Assembly (NCBI GenBank): GCA_027045015.1
Contig: JALUBF010000023.1
Coordinates: 1,713 to 65,712, forward strand
DNA length: 64,000 nt
Reading direction: 5' to 3'
Origin: Sulfurovum sp.
GTDB taxonomy: Bacteria; Campylobacterota; Campylobacteria; Campylobacterales; Sulfurovaceae
Shown here: positions 42,313 to 52,578 of the stretch, piece by piece
Layout: each line of letters starts with the position of its first letter
How positions within the stretch are numbered: position 1 is the stretch's first letter
Made by a program: the position numbers and the translations under genes
Notes under the pieces: generated by a model
Databases searched by the model: none
What the model was told of the DNA's origin: nothing
What the model saw: the letters and a program-made list of their open reading frames with translations, nothing else

Positions 42313-42683
42313 TGTCAATAATATATGAAGATAAAGATATAAAAATAGAGATAGAGAGTTCCGAAATTCCTTGGCTTAAGATATTTACACTTAAACCATA
42401 CAAAGAGATGAGTGAAGTTCCAAGAGATATTAGGATAAAAATTTATGACCTACTTGATACTATTGAAAAAGAGATGATAACTTACTATAAACCAATTAAA
42501 ATAAATATTGCTTCATTTGGAAATTATCTTCCTAATGTTCATTGGCATATTATGGCAAGATTTGAAGAAGATAGCTATTTCCCTGAACCTATGTGGGGAA
42601 AAAAACAAAGAGATGCTAGATTAGATTTACCTATATTTGAAACTTTTAAAAATACTCTTATAGAAAAAATTAAACTAGTTTAA
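42312..42683 (+). CDS. HIT family protein
   Basis: KINIASFGNYLPNVHWHIMARF (first His of HxHxH replaced by Asn). Confidence 0.85.
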   Translation: MSIIYEDKDIKIEIESSEIPWLKIFTLKPYKEMSEVPRDIRIKIYDLLDTIEKEMITYYKPIKINIASFGNYLPNVHWHIMARFEEDSYFPEPMWGKKQRDARLDLPIFETFKNTLIEKIKLV

Positions 42684-42700
42684 TAAAACTAATTTAATTT
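42667..42700. terminator. AT-rich hairpin between convergent HIT and desaturase genes
   Basis: AAATTAAACTAGTTT-aata-AAACTAATTTAATTT; 15-bp arms with one mismatch. Confidence 0.45.
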
Positions 42701-42720
42701 ATCTTTTTTAAACTCTTAGA

Positions 42721-43902
42721 CTAGATACCATCTACTCTAAGAAGTTTTGTCTTACCAACCATAAGGTCAATAGACATTTTAATACGCTTAAAGACAGACT
42801 CTTGTCTATACTCTAAGTTATGCTTTGTACAAATATCTTTTACTATAGGTTGCATCTTTTGATAGTAACTATTTGGCATATTTGGAAATAGATGATGTTC
42901 TACTTGATAGTTTAAAAAACCGTGTAAAAAATCTATCAAATCTGAACCTGTATTATAGTTTACAGAACCCATAATCTGACGTAAATAGAACTCACCTGTA
43001 CTCTTTGTTGGTTCAGAGAACATATATATATCTTCAGCTGAGTGATTTGGTACAATAACTAAAAATGAATGCAAATTGGCAAATATCTCTGCAAGTACTA
43101 TGATAATAAGTGCATTTACTACAGCTTGTGTACCAAATGGTAAAAACAACATAGGAAAAACTAAAAATTTGATAATTGCATATGGTAGATAGTACTCCAT
43201 CCATAACTCCAAACCATTTTTTGTACGAGGATCCATCTCATAATCAGTTATAGGTCGTTTATCTGCCTCTTTAAGTCTTTTGTTTTCCAAAATTCTAAGT
43301 GTATTTGGTGCATAATATGTAAATTTCCATGTTGTTGCAAATATATATATAAATAGATAACGTATCCACATAGGTGTTTTAGAACGAATAAGCCACTGCA
43401 TATTTCTCTCTACATTATCTGGATCATCATCTTCACCTAAGTGATAATGGTGCATAATATTGTGTTCATAACTCCAAGCCTCTGGTTTAATCCAATCTAG
43501 CCAATCTACAAAACGTCTTGAACCTTTAGCAAAATACTTTTTAGTATATCTCTCAGGAACATTTGGTACTTTATCGTATGCACCATGTAAGATAGGGTGT
43601 ACAACATCTGACCATCTACCTACATTTCCTGTACTTATGGCTAACGCTGAAATAATAGCCAATGGCCAAAATATGAAACTACTAACCTCTCCAAAAAGTC
43701 CCATAATACTAAGAAGTAAAATAATACCATATCCACCAAATGTAAACATACGACCCCATTTTTCCAACTTTAGAAGATGATCAAAATCCTCCTGCCCAAC
43801 TGGTGCCATATTCTTTTTTATCTCTTCTATATCACGTTCTAACTCATCTTTATCTATATCTTCATAACGTGCATACTGATGCTCTTTTTCTCTCTTATCC
43901 AA
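42721..43902 (-). CDS. Membrane fatty acid (acyl-CoA-type) desaturase
   Basis: Three histidine boxes HPILH, HNIMHH and QVEHH; several TM segments; TTG start with SD AAGGA. Confidence 0.88.
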   Translation of the reverse strand: MDKREKEHQYARYEDIDKDELERDIEEIKKNMAPVGQEDFDHLLKLEKWGRMFTFGGYGIILLLSIMGLFGEVSSFIFWPLAIISALAISTGNVGRWSDVVHPILHGAYDKVPNVPERYTKKYFAKGSRRFVDWLDWIKPEAWSYEHNIMHHYHLGEDDDPDNVERNMQWLIRSKTPMWIRYLFIYIFATTWKFTYYAPNTLRILENKRLKEADKRPITDYEMDPRTKNGLELWMEYYLPYAIIKFLVFPMLFLPFGTQAVVNALIIIVLAEIFANLHSFLVIVPNHSAEDIYMFSEPTKSTGEFYLRQIMGSVNYNTGSDLIDFLHGFLNYQVEHHLFPNMPNSYYQKMQPIVKDICTKHNLEYRQESVFKRIKMSIDLMVGKTKLLRVDGI

Positions 43903-44038
43903 TTTATACTATCCTTTAATTATATTTATTATAATTATAGTTAAATTTGATTAATTTAGAACATCTATAATATATCTTCTTAGATATAAATAGATTATTT
44001 AGATATAATTTACATAAAATATATAAAAAGAAGAAAAT

Positions 44039-44536
44039 ATGTGTGATTTTAACCAACTAAACGAAGATGAAAAAAAGATATATCATGAAAAGTTACTAGA
44101 GTGTGCCAATAACTTTGGAGGAAAAAATTTCTTTTTACACCTTTTAGAGGCTATTAGAGAGACCAAACCTCATCCTCTTACAGCAAGTAATATGGCTTTT
44201 GATATAGAATTAGGTTCTATCACATGGAATAAAGTTATATTCAATGACAAACTCCAACTTCTACTAAAAGCTCGTAAAAATGAGACTGAACAAGACAATT
44301 TTTTACCACAAAAAGATGAAAAAAATTACAAAAAAATACTCAATGTTGTAAGAACTCTAAAACCTATAGTATTTAATGTAAAACCAGCTAATCCTGAAGA
44401 TGGTTCAATGTTCTTTTTTCAAGCTTTTGATATAGTAGATGATAATAAAACCAAATTAAATCCCATATTTGATGCAATATTTTTCTGTTCTATAGATACA
44501 GTAAAAAGATTTCTTAACTATACACCTAAGGCATAA
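44039..44536 (+). CDS. Hypothetical protein
   Basis: 165-aa ORF with normal codon pattern; first of three tightly spaced genes. Confidence 0.7.
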   Translation: MCDFNQLNEDEKKIYHEKLLECANNFGGKNFFLHLLEAIRETKPHPLTASNMAFDIELGSITWNKVIFNDKLQLLLKARKNETEQDNFLPQKDEKNYKKILNVVRTLKPIVFNVKPANPEDGSMFFFQAFDIVDDNKTKLNPIFDAIFFCSIDTVKRFLNYTPKA

Positions 44537-44537
44537 T

Positions 44538-44735
44538 ATGTCTCAAGGTAAAAAACGAAGTGAGATAAAATATGGTATGAATGTAGGTATCGTACTCAAA
44601 GAGGATCAGACTACAGGATATATCACATATGGAAAAGTACAAAAGATATTGACAAACTCACCAACTCACCCACATGGAATAAAAGTAAGACTAACTTCTG
44701 GTGAAGTAGGACGAGTACAGGAGTTTGTTAGATAA
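44538..44735 (+). CDS. YwbE family protein (DUF2196)
   Basis: IVLKEDQTTG...ILTNSPTHPHGIKVRL...VGRVQ. Confidence 0.9.
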   Translation: MSQGKKRSEIKYGMNVGIVLKEDQTTGYITYGKVQKILTNSPTHPHGIKVRLTSGEVGRVQEFVR

Positions 44736-45184
44736 TGACTCTTTTTATAGATGCAGATGCATTTCCAAATCTACTAAAACCAATTGTATTACGTAGCATA
44801 GAACGGTTGTCTATCTCTACTAAGGTTGTATCCAATAAAAAGATAAATATAGGTAAATCAAAATATATAGAGTATATAATAGTTAGTCTAGGAGCAGATG
44901 TAGCAGATAATCATATTGTAGAGCTATGTAAAGATGGTGATTTGGTTATCACTGCTGATATACCATTGGCAGATAGAATCATAAGCAAAAATGCCCATGC
45001 TATTGACCATAGAGGAGAACTCTACTCAGTTGACAATATAAAACAGCATCTAGCTATGAGAAATCTTATGGAGAGCATTAGAGAGAGTGGAGAGATAACA
45101 TCTGGGCCAAAAGCATTTGGACAAAAAGATGTCCATGCTTTTGCAAACCAATTTAATGCTTTTTTAGCAAAGCATATAAAATAA
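44735..45184 (+). CDS. YaiI/YqxD family protein (DUF188)
   Basis: IDADAFP, GADVAD, GDLVITADIPLA. Confidence 0.92.
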   Translation: MTLFIDADAFPNLLKPIVLRSIERLSISTKVVSNKKINIGKSKYIEYIIVSLGADVADNHIVELCKDGDLVITADIPLADRIISKNAHAIDHRGELYSVDNIKQHLAMRNLMESIRESGEITSGPKAFGQKDVHAFANQFNAFLAKHIK

Positions 45185-45188
45185 CTTT

Positions 45189-45827
45189 TTATTCATCAAA
45201 AATAATACGATAAACCAATCCATAAAGAGTAAAAAACATTAGTGGAATAGTCCAAATAAGTCCTATACCAAAAGGTATGGCACTTATAAACATAATAATA
45301 GTAAGTAGCACAACAACTCCTGCTACTTTAAACCAATGTTTTGTAACCATCTTTCTTGAAAACTCCATAGCTTCCCAAACTTCCATATCTTTATCTATGA
45401 TAAGAGGTATAGTAAATATATATGCTATAGCTAGATATATACCAGGTAAGATAAGCAAAACCATTCCTATAGCTGTAAATAGATATATGATTATACCTGC
45501 CAATGCCAATTTACCTGTCATATAAAAATAGTTAAATATAGATCTATAATCTACATTCTCACCTTTACTATATCTTATAGCCATCATCATAATACCTGCC
45601 ATTATTGGCATAAGTACTGGGTAACTCAATATACCTGCTATCTGTTGATTCAGTAAATTCGGTGCTTCGTCAGTACCTTGTGGGAAGATCAATCCAAGTA
45701 CTATTTGCACTAAAATAGCAATAAGCACATAGATAGAAAAAGCTACAAGAAATTGTGTTTTAACTCCATTTATACCTCTGTAACCCTCTTTAACCACATC
45801 TATAATATTAAAATCATAATCTCTCAT
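45189..45827 (-). CDS. Integral membrane protein (DUF975/DUF2189-like)
   Basis: Several TM helices; LLILPGIYLAIAY...WEAMEFSRK...HWFK. Confidence 0.75.
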   Translation of the reverse strand: MRDYDFNIIDVVKEGYRGINGVKTQFLVAFSIYVLIAILVQIVLGLIFPQGTDEAPNLLNQQIAGILSYPVLMPIMAGIMMMAIRYSKGENVDYRSIFNYFYMTGKLALAGIIIYLFTAIGMVLLILPGIYLAIAYIFTIPLIIDKDMEVWEAMEFSRKMVTKHWFKVAGVVVLLTIIMFISAIPFGIGLIWTIPLMFFTLYGLVYRIIFDE

Positions 45828-45913
45828 ATATACAAACCTTTCTATAATTATTGTAAATTTATCTTAACATTGATTAGCTTTAGTACACAACAACTGTAAA
45901 ACTAATAGAGTTC

Positions 45914-47374
45914 TTATTTTTTATAAAATTTTACCTGAAAACTATTAAACTCTTTTTGCGCAAAAATTTCTTTTGCCAAATAGATATTTTCTCCATTTAA
46001 AATTAATTCATTATCTTGTAATTTTGTTTCGATGTTTGGATTTGTGAGATTTATATTGATATTTTTAGTTATCCAAAAAATATAACAAAGTGATTCTAAT
46101 ATCTCTCTTTTAGGTAAAAGTTCTTTATATTGACTGATATAATCTTTTTTAATTTTTCGTTTTTTGTTGTATTTTATGATTTTAGCAATCAAAAGTCTAT
46201 CTTCGTGAGTAAATCCGTAATGAAGAGAGTTTAGTAATAAATAATTTGTGTGTTTATGCGAAGAATAAAAGTCTATATATTCACCAGCATTTGATAGTTT
46301 TATCGCATATCTTAAATGAAATTTATATTTTTCATCTATTTCAAAAAGAGGATTTAATGTATCAAAAAGATTTAATGCAAATTTGACTTCATAATTTGAA
46401 GTTCTTTTATCTATTTCGTAAATGTCTTCTATTGATTTTACACTTGGATTAAAATTTTTTGGAAATATATAGTTATTACTTCTTAACATATCTGCCAAAA
46501 ACACACCTTCTCGCACACCAACACCACTTGTCGTAAGAATTTTTGAATTTATCTTTTTAGCTGATTCCAACAAAATCAAAGTTCCCTCTTTTATAACATC
46601 TAATCTATCCTCTTTAAAACCAAATTTTTGAAGAGTTTTATTATCACTTTTGATAATCTCTTCCATAAAATCTTTTTGAGTTTCTATGTCATAACTAAAT
46701 CCATGTAAAATACTTAAAGGATAGTTGATTCTTTTCATTATAATTTTACTCAAAGCTCTGATAGTTCCACCAATTCCCAAAATATTTTCGTTATGAAACT
46801 CTTCTGGTAAAGAATTAAGCTCTTTTTGAATATACTCTTTTGCACCATTAATGTCATTTTTGTCGAAAAACAACTCTTTTAATCTAACTGTTCCTAATTT
46901 TAATGAAATTTTATTTATAATTTTTTTATTTTTGATTAAGGCAAATTCAGTCGAACCTCCTCCGATATCAATTGTAATTCCATCACTATTTGGAAGAAGA
47001 TTACTTCCTGCAACAGCACCGAAAAATGCTTCTTTTTCTCCATCAATTACTTTTATATTGATTCCACACTCATCTCTTGCTCTTTTTAAAAAGATATTTT
47101 TATTTTTTGCATCTCTTACAGCACTTGTGGCTACACAGATTATTTTTCTGGATTTTAAAGATTTGGAAATTAATTTGAATTCTTTTAGTGCATTTATAGC
47201 TCTATCCATTGCAAAGTTTTGTAAATTACCATCGTTTTCATAAGCATTTTCACTAATTCTAACACGACTTTTTATCTCTTTAATTAAAACAAAACCAAAA
47301 TGACTAGTTTTTTCAAAAACTGCCATTCTCGCTGAATTGGAACCTATATCTATAATTGAAGTTATTTTTGCCAT
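45914..47374 (-). CDS. ppx: Ppx/GppA exopolyphosphatase with C-terminal HD-like domain
   Basis: IDIGSNS, VATSAVRDA, DIGGGSTE, GIGGTIR, GVREG. Confidence 0.93.
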   Translation of the reverse strand: MAKITSIIDIGSNSARMAVFEKTSHFGFVLIKEIKSRVRISENAYENDGNLQNFAMDRAINALKEFKLISKSLKSRKIICVATSAVRDAKNKNIFLKRARDECGINIKVIDGEKEAFFGAVAGSNLLPNSDGITIDIGGGSTEFALIKNKKIINKISLKLGTVRLKELFFDKNDINGAKEYIQKELNSLPEEFHNENILGIGGTIRALSKIIMKRINYPLSILHGFSYDIETQKDFMEEIIKSDNKTLQKFGFKEDRLDVIKEGTLILLESAKKINSKILTTSGVGVREGVFLADMLRSNNYIFPKNFNPSVKSIEDIYEIDKRTSNYEVKFALNLFDTLNPLFEIDEKYKFHLRYAIKLSNAGEYIDFYSSHKHTNYLLLNSLHYGFTHEDRLLIAKIIKYNKKRKIKKDYISQYKELLPKREILESLCYIFWITKNININLTNPNIETKLQDNELILNGENIYLAKEIFAQKEFNSFQVKFYKK

Positions 47375-47504
47375 TATTTTTCTTTTTTAAATTATTTAAT
47401 TAGTATTATATTAAGTTACAATTAATATATAGACTTAAATTTGTGGAAAAACCATAAGCAAAGATGAACTAAATTTAATCTTTCCTAAAGTTAAAAATAA
47501 GTAG

Positions 47505-47936
47505 CTACAAAGCTACTTTTGTACTCTGATAAAACAGAGAGATAACAACAGCATATCTTAATCCTTTAGCTACAAAAACTATGAAGATAAATCTTTTAAA
47601 ATTATAAGATAAGACTCCTGCTATGAATGTTAAAGGGTCTCCTATGACAGGAACCCAAGATAGAAGAAGACTCCACCCTCCATATATTTTAAATCTATCT
47701 TTAGCTTTTATCATATTTCTTGTCGATAGATACCCCTTATTTTCAAGATACTTCTCCCCTTTTGCACCTAAGTAGTAGTTTACTATAGAGCCTAGTGTAT
47801 TGCCAAATGTAGCAAATAACCACAATAGTAAAATGTTATATTGTTCATTTAGATCATATAGTAGTAATCCCTCAGAACCTAGTGGTAGGAGTGTTGCAGA
47901 TAAGAATGATAGTATAAAAAGAGTAGTATAAACCAT
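47505..47936 (-). CDS. YqaA/DedA family membrane protein
   Basis: SFLSATLLPLGSE, GNTLGS, LLSWVPVIGDPLT, AKGLRY. Confidence 0.9.
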   Translation of the reverse strand: MVYTTLFILSFLSATLLPLGSEGLLLYDLNEQYNILLLWLFATFGNTLGSIVNYYLGAKGEKYLENKGYLSTRNMIKAKDRFKIYGGWSLLLSWVPVIGDPLTFIAGVLSYNFKRFIFIVFVAKGLRYAVVISLFYQSTKVAL

Positions 47937-48619
47937 TAGATACTCTTAAATACCACTTTACCCTCTTTTACTTGGGCTATCATACTTTGACAAGCCAATG
48001 ATGGTAAAGAGATATAGTTTCCAACTATCTTAGCTTGATGAAAATGCCCCTCTATAACCAAATCCATGCTAGTATAGTTTTTTAGTATCTGCTCTACCCG
48101 TTTTTCAAACCCATTAAAAGTGTGACAAATGTTTTTTTGAGACAACTTTTTCATACGATGATTTATGATAGCTTTTTCAAATGGTTTTAGTAGAGTTAAT
48201 GTAGTTTTATTTCGTAGGATTTTACAATATAGATCATATCCAAAACCTGTAGCATATCTGTCTCCATGAGAAAGTGATACTCTTTTCTTATCTAGTCTAA
48301 AAGTAACTGGTTGTTTATCTCTTGGATATATATGAATATCTCCAAATATATCTTTTAAACAAAAGTCGTGATTGCCTTCAAAATAGTATATCTCTATGAT
48401 TTTTGATAGTTTTTGAAGTAGCTCTATAGCATCTTTTGAAAATGTTTGAATATACTCATTATAACCAAAGAGTAAATCAAAGTTATCTCCCATCAAAAAT
48501 AGTTGAGTAGTTTTTATCTCTTGTCTATCTAGCTTTTTAAGTATAGTTAAAAACTCATCTCCATAATGTGGATAGTGTGAGTCTGCTATAAATATAGCTC
48601 CATCTTCTATTTGTATCAT
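47936..48619 (-). CDS. lpxH: UDP-2,3-diacylglucosamine diphosphatase
   Basis: IADSH, MGDNFD, EGNHD, HGD and GHFH metallophosphoesterase motifs. Confidence 0.85.
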   Translation of the reverse strand: MIQIEDGAIFIADSHYPHYGDEFLTILKKLDRQEIKTTQLFLMGDNFDLLFGYNEYIQTFSKDAIELLQKLSKIIEIYYFEGNHDFCLKDIFGDIHIYPRDKQPVTFRLDKKRVSLSHGDRYATGFGYDLYCKILRNKTTLTLLKPFEKAIINHRMKKLSQKNICHTFNGFEKRVEQILKNYTSMDLVIEGHFHQAKIVGNYISLPSLACQSMIAQVKEGKVVFKSI

Positions 48620-48621
48620 CT

Positions 48622-49533
48622 CTAAACAACTCCAACTAAAAAGATAAATATGGGCAAAGTAACGATAGATAAAAAACAGGATATAACTATGGAGATAGCT
48701 ATAAGCTCCTTTTTCATCGGATAGATTTGAGCCAATATAAATGGAGTAACAGCTATGGGCATACTAGCTTCAAGTACTGATATGCTCAATACATCTCCAC
48801 CTCCTGCAAATAAGAAATATCCGAAAAATAACATAGGCATAACAATAAGCTTTAAAAAAACAAGCCCAGCTATATGACGATATTCTAAATCTTTAGGAAA
48901 CTCTCTTGCTAAGAAAATCCCTAAAGAGAGTAGTATGATAGGTGTTGCTCCACCTGCTAGTATATCTATGGTTTTTAAGATTTCAAAAGGTAATTTTATC
49001 TTGAAACCAAGTAGAAAAATGGATAACAAAACAGAAATAAGTAGAGGATTTTTAAGTGCATCTGTTGCTATGGAGAAACTAAGCTTTTGATGAACAGAGA
49101 ACTCCAATATAGCAATACCAATGGTAAATAGTATAAACGTATAAAGAGCTATATGCATACTTACAACCCCTTCAAATCCATGCATAAGTGAAGAGAGTAT
49201 TGGAAAACCCAAATATCCAACATTTCCAAAAAATACAACAATAACATATGTATTGACCAGACTTTTTGAAAATCCTAATCTTTTAAGCCCAAAATATAGT
49301 ATAGCAATAACAAAAAGGAGTAAAAAAAAGTTGACATAGATAAAGGAAAAATCATTAAAAGTATTTACTTTTACCTTCATCATACCAGAAAATATAAGAG
49401 CAGGAAAGAGCAAATATACTGCTAGTTTATTTAGAACATCTGTCCAACTATCATCAGCAATTGTCTTTTTAAGTATATACCCCAATGCAATTATAAGCAT
49501 AAGAGGTAATAAAGTTTGGACAATTAAGTACAA
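48622..49533 (-). CDS. AEC (auxin efflux carrier) family transporter
   Basis: About 10 TM helices; FGNVGYLGFP, KNPL, KLIVMP, SMPIAV. Confidence 0.9.
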   Translation of the reverse strand: MYLIVQTLLPLMLIIALGYILKKTIADDSWTDVLNKLAVYLLFPALIFSGMMKVKVNTFNDFSFIYVNFFLLLFVIAILYFGLKRLGFSKSLVNTYVIVVFFGNVGYLGFPILSSLMHGFEGVVSMHIALYTFILFTIGIAILEFSVHQKLSFSIATDALKNPLLISVLLSIFLLGFKIKLPFEILKTIDILAGGATPIILLSLGIFLAREFPKDLEYRHIAGLVFLKLIVMPMLFFGYFLFAGGGDVLSISVLEASMPIAVTPFILAQIYPMKKELIAISIVISCFLSIVTLPIFIFLVGVV

Positions 49534-49545
49534 AAAGATACCTTT

Positions 49546-50553
49546 TTATGGCATATATGGGATAACAGGTAGTCCCATACCTTCATCATACCCACACATA
49601 ATATTGGCAGCTGCTAAAGCTTGTGATGATGCACCACGTAAAAGGTTGTCAATGGCTGAACTTACAAATAAGGCATTACCATTTTTAGCTGCAAAGATGT
49701 CACAAAAGTGAGTACCAGCAGTACTTTTTATATCAACTGGAGTTTCTCTTATGCGTATAAATGGGTCATCTTTATAGTGTTCTTTAAGTACTGATAATGG
49801 GTCTATATCATCTTTAAGTACACCATATACAGATACAAGTTCACCACGAGTAGCAGGTATGAGGTGAGGTACAAAGTTAACATTCATCTTAACATTATAT
49901 AATTTTTCTATCTTCTCAGCTATCTCAGGTGCATGACGGTGTTTTAGTGGATTGTATGCAAAGATATTATCATTCATATTAACATAGTGAGCATTTTCAC
50001 TAAGTTTTTTACCTGCACCACTCAAACCTGACTTTGCATCTATAAATAGAGGACTCTTCTCATCAAGATAAGGAATAAAAGGCAAGATACCCAAAAGAGT
50101 TGCTGTAGGATAACACCCTGGACTAGCTACTAAATTTGTACTCTTTAGCTCTTCTTTATAATACTCAATAAGTCCATATACAGAATTATCTAAATGCCCT
50201 TTATCTTCGTGAGGACAGTAGTTTGCTTCATAAGTATCAAGCTCTAAACGATAATCTGCCGATAAATCAACTACTTTAATACCTTTATCTAAAATATCTT
50301 TAGCAAATCCCATAGAGGCTTTATGAGGTAGAGCCAAAAATACAAGCTCACAACGTTTAGCTACCTCATCAACATCTGCTTTTTCAACACTTAATGAGAT
50401 GATATTTTCAAGAGATGGATGCAACTCCTCTACTCTTGTATCTCCTTGTGTTGTAGCCAAATATGTTAACTCAAATCCACCATGAGAGATTAACATCTTG
50501 ACAAGCTCTAAACCTGTATATCCACTAGCACCTACTACTCCTACTTTTATCAT
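49546..50553 (-). CDS. argC: N-acetyl-gamma-glutamyl-phosphate reductase
   Basis: GASGYTG, DLSADYR, SPGCYPT, HRHAPE, DNLLRGAS. Confidence 0.97.
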   Translation of the reverse strand: MIKVGVVGASGYTGLELVKMLISHGGFELTYLATTQGDTRVEELHPSLENIISLSVEKADVDEVAKRCELVFLALPHKASMGFAKDILDKGIKVVDLSADYRLELDTYEANYCPHEDKGHLDNSVYGLIEYYKEELKSTNLVASPGCYPTATLLGILPFIPYLDEKSPLFIDAKSGLSGAGKKLSENAHYVNMNDNIFAYNPLKHRHAPEIAEKIEKLYNVKMNVNFVPHLIPATRGELVSVYGVLKDDIDPLSVLKEHYKDDPFIRIRETPVDIKSTAGTHFCDIFAAKNGNALFVSSAIDNLLRGASSQALAAANIMCGYDEGMGLPVIPYMP

Positions 50554-50560
50554 AACTGCT

Positions 50561-51049
50561 TTATCCTAATACTATCTCTTCATACAACACCTCTTCAATG
50601 TCATATGTACGTTTTCCACTAGGGAGTATTATCTTAACTTCATCACCATCCTCTTTACCTAAAATGGCTTTAGCCACAGGAGATTGAAAAGAGATAAGTC
50701 CTTTTGATGGATTTGACTCTGTTCCACCTACTATGGTGTACTTAAGCTCTTCATCTGTATCTTGGTCTGTCATCACTACAGTTGAACCAAAACTTACACG
50801 CTCATGTGCTAGTTTAGATGGGTCTATAACTTGCGCTCGTCCTACAATATCTGTAAGTTCAGCGATGCGAGCCTCCATAAGTCCTTGTTTATCTTTAGCT
50901 GCATGATACTCAGCATTCTCTTTTAAATCGCCTAACTCTCTAGCTTCATCTATTACTTTTGCGATGATGCCTCTCTCATGTGTTTTTAACTGCTCTAACT
51001 CTTGACTTAGTTTTTTATATGTCACTTCTAACATCGGCTCTTTTTGCAC
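50561..51049 (-). CDS. greA: Transcription elongation factor GreA
   Basis: ARELGDLKENAEYHAAK and ISFQSPVAKA. Confidence 0.97.
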   Translation of the reverse strand: MQKEPMLEVTYKKLSQELEQLKTHERGIIAKVIDEARELGDLKENAEYHAAKDKQGLMEARIAELTDIVGRAQVIDPSKLAHERVSFGSTVVMTDQDTDEELKYTIVGGTESNPSKGLISFQSPVAKAILGKEDGDEVKIILPSGKRTYDIEEVLYEEIVLG

Positions 51050-51148
51050 GATTTATCCTTGTTTGTTTATTATTGTAAGTATTATAGCAAAAGATTTATC
51101 TTTAGGTTATAATACATTTCAAATTTTAATTGAAAAAGTAATCTCTTT

Positions 51149-51928
51149 ATGAAAAAAATACTAATAACAAATGATGACGGATATGAATCTGCTGGACTTT
51201 TAGCTCTAGTAGAGGCTCTAAAACCTTTTGCTCATGTAACTGTAGTAGCTCCAAGTACAGAGAAATCTGCATGTGGACACTCACTTACACTTACTCGTCC
51301 TCTTAGCTTTATAGAGTTAAGTAAAGATTTCTATAAACTTGATGATGGTACTCCTTCTGATTGTGTCTTTCTTTCTCTAAATAAACTCTTTACAAAAGAT
51401 AATCGACCCGATATTGTTATCTCTGGTATCAATATCGGCTCAAATATGGGTGAAGATATAACCTACTCTGGTACTGCTTCAGCTGCTATGGAAGCTGTTT
51501 TACAAGGTATCCCTGCTATTGCTATCTCTCAAGTATATGCTGAACATGGTAAAAGCATAGATGAATTTGGATATGAGTTGGCTCAAGAGAGTATAGTATC
51601 TTTGGTTAAGAAGATATTTGAAGGCAATTTTCCTCTTCCTGAGCGTAAATTTTTAAATATAAATATACCACCCATAGCTAAGAATGAGTGTAAAGGTTTT
51701 AAAGCTACACGAGCAGGAAATAGACTATATGTACACAATGCAGAAGTACACTACAATCCAAGAGGAAAAGAGTACTATTGGATAGGTTTACCAGCTTTAG
51801 GGTGGCTAGATACAAAAGGACATACTACAGATTTTGAAGCTATTAATGATGGATATATATCTATAACTCCAGTAAAATTAGATATGACATCTTATGATGA
51901 GATAGACTCTTTAGGAGAGTGGCTTTGA
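51149..51928 (+). CDS. surE: 5'/3'-nucleotidase SurE
   Basis: ILITNDDG, GTPSDC, SGINIGSN, YSGT. Confidence 0.97.
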   Translation: MKKILITNDDGYESAGLLALVEALKPFAHVTVVAPSTEKSACGHSLTLTRPLSFIELSKDFYKLDDGTPSDCVFLSLNKLFTKDNRPDIVISGINIGSNMGEDITYSGTASAAMEAVLQGIPAIAISQVYAEHGKSIDEFGYELAQESIVSLVKKIFEGNFPLPERKFLNINIPPIAKNECKGFKATRAGNRLYVHNAEVHYNPRGKEYYWIGLPALGWLDTKGHTTDFEAINDGYISITPVKLDMTSYDEIDSLGEWL

Positions 51929-52560
51929 GATTTGAGAGATGTAGAGATCTTTTTGGCAAAGAGAAGTTTGAAAAAATTCAAAATGCCAAGATACTTATAT
52001 TGGGTGTAGGTGGTGTAGGTTCTTATGCTTTAGAGTGTCTATACCGTAGTGGAGTAAGTGACATTACCATAATTGATTATGATACATTTGATGAGACAAA
52101 TCGTAACAGACAGATAGGTTCAGATGCCGTAGGAGAGAGTAAGATAGAGGTACTAAAAAGACTCTATCCCAAGATAAAAACCATAGAGCAACATATGGAT
52201 ATGAAGTGGGTAGATAGCTTTGATTTTGAACCATATGACATAGTTATAGACTCAGCAGATACTACAAAAGTCAAACTTGAAGTGGCTAAAAAATGTTATA
52301 AAAAGCTCATAATGTCCGTAGGTTCAGCAAAGCGTTATGATACAAGCAAGATAGAGGTAGCCTCCATATGGAAAACACACGGTGATGCCTTGGCAAGAAA
52401 GATACGAAATGAGCTTAAAAAAGCAAGATTTGATAGAAACTTTACAGTAGTATTCTCCCCAGAAGAAGATAGATGTAAAGATAAAGGCTCATTTGTAGGA
52501 GTTACTGGTGCTTTTGGATTGACTATCTGCTCTGAGGCTATTAAAAAAATAATAAATTAA
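51919..52560 (+). CDS. tcdA: ThiF family tRNA threonylcarbamoyladenosine dehydratase
   Basis: GVGGVGS, TNRNRQI, THGDALARKIR, VFSPE, GSFVGVTGAFG. Confidence 0.8.
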   Translation: MALRFERCRDLFGKEKFEKIQNAKILILGVGGVGSYALECLYRSGVSDITIIDYDTFDETNRNRQIGSDAVGESKIEVLKRLYPKIKTIEQHMDMKWVDSFDFEPYDIVIDSADTTKVKLEVAKKCYKKLIMSVGSAKRYDTSKIEVASIWKTHGDALARKIRNELKKARFDRNFTVVFSPEEDRCKDKGSFVGVTGAFGLTICSEAIKKIIN

Positions 52561-52578
52561 AAAAGAGGTTAAATAACT

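Noticed and set aside
47434-47490. Short open frame upstream of ppx (...TLGKIKFSSSLLMVFPQI*) as a remnant of a donor gene
   Set aside because: Too short to distinguish from random sequence without a homology search.
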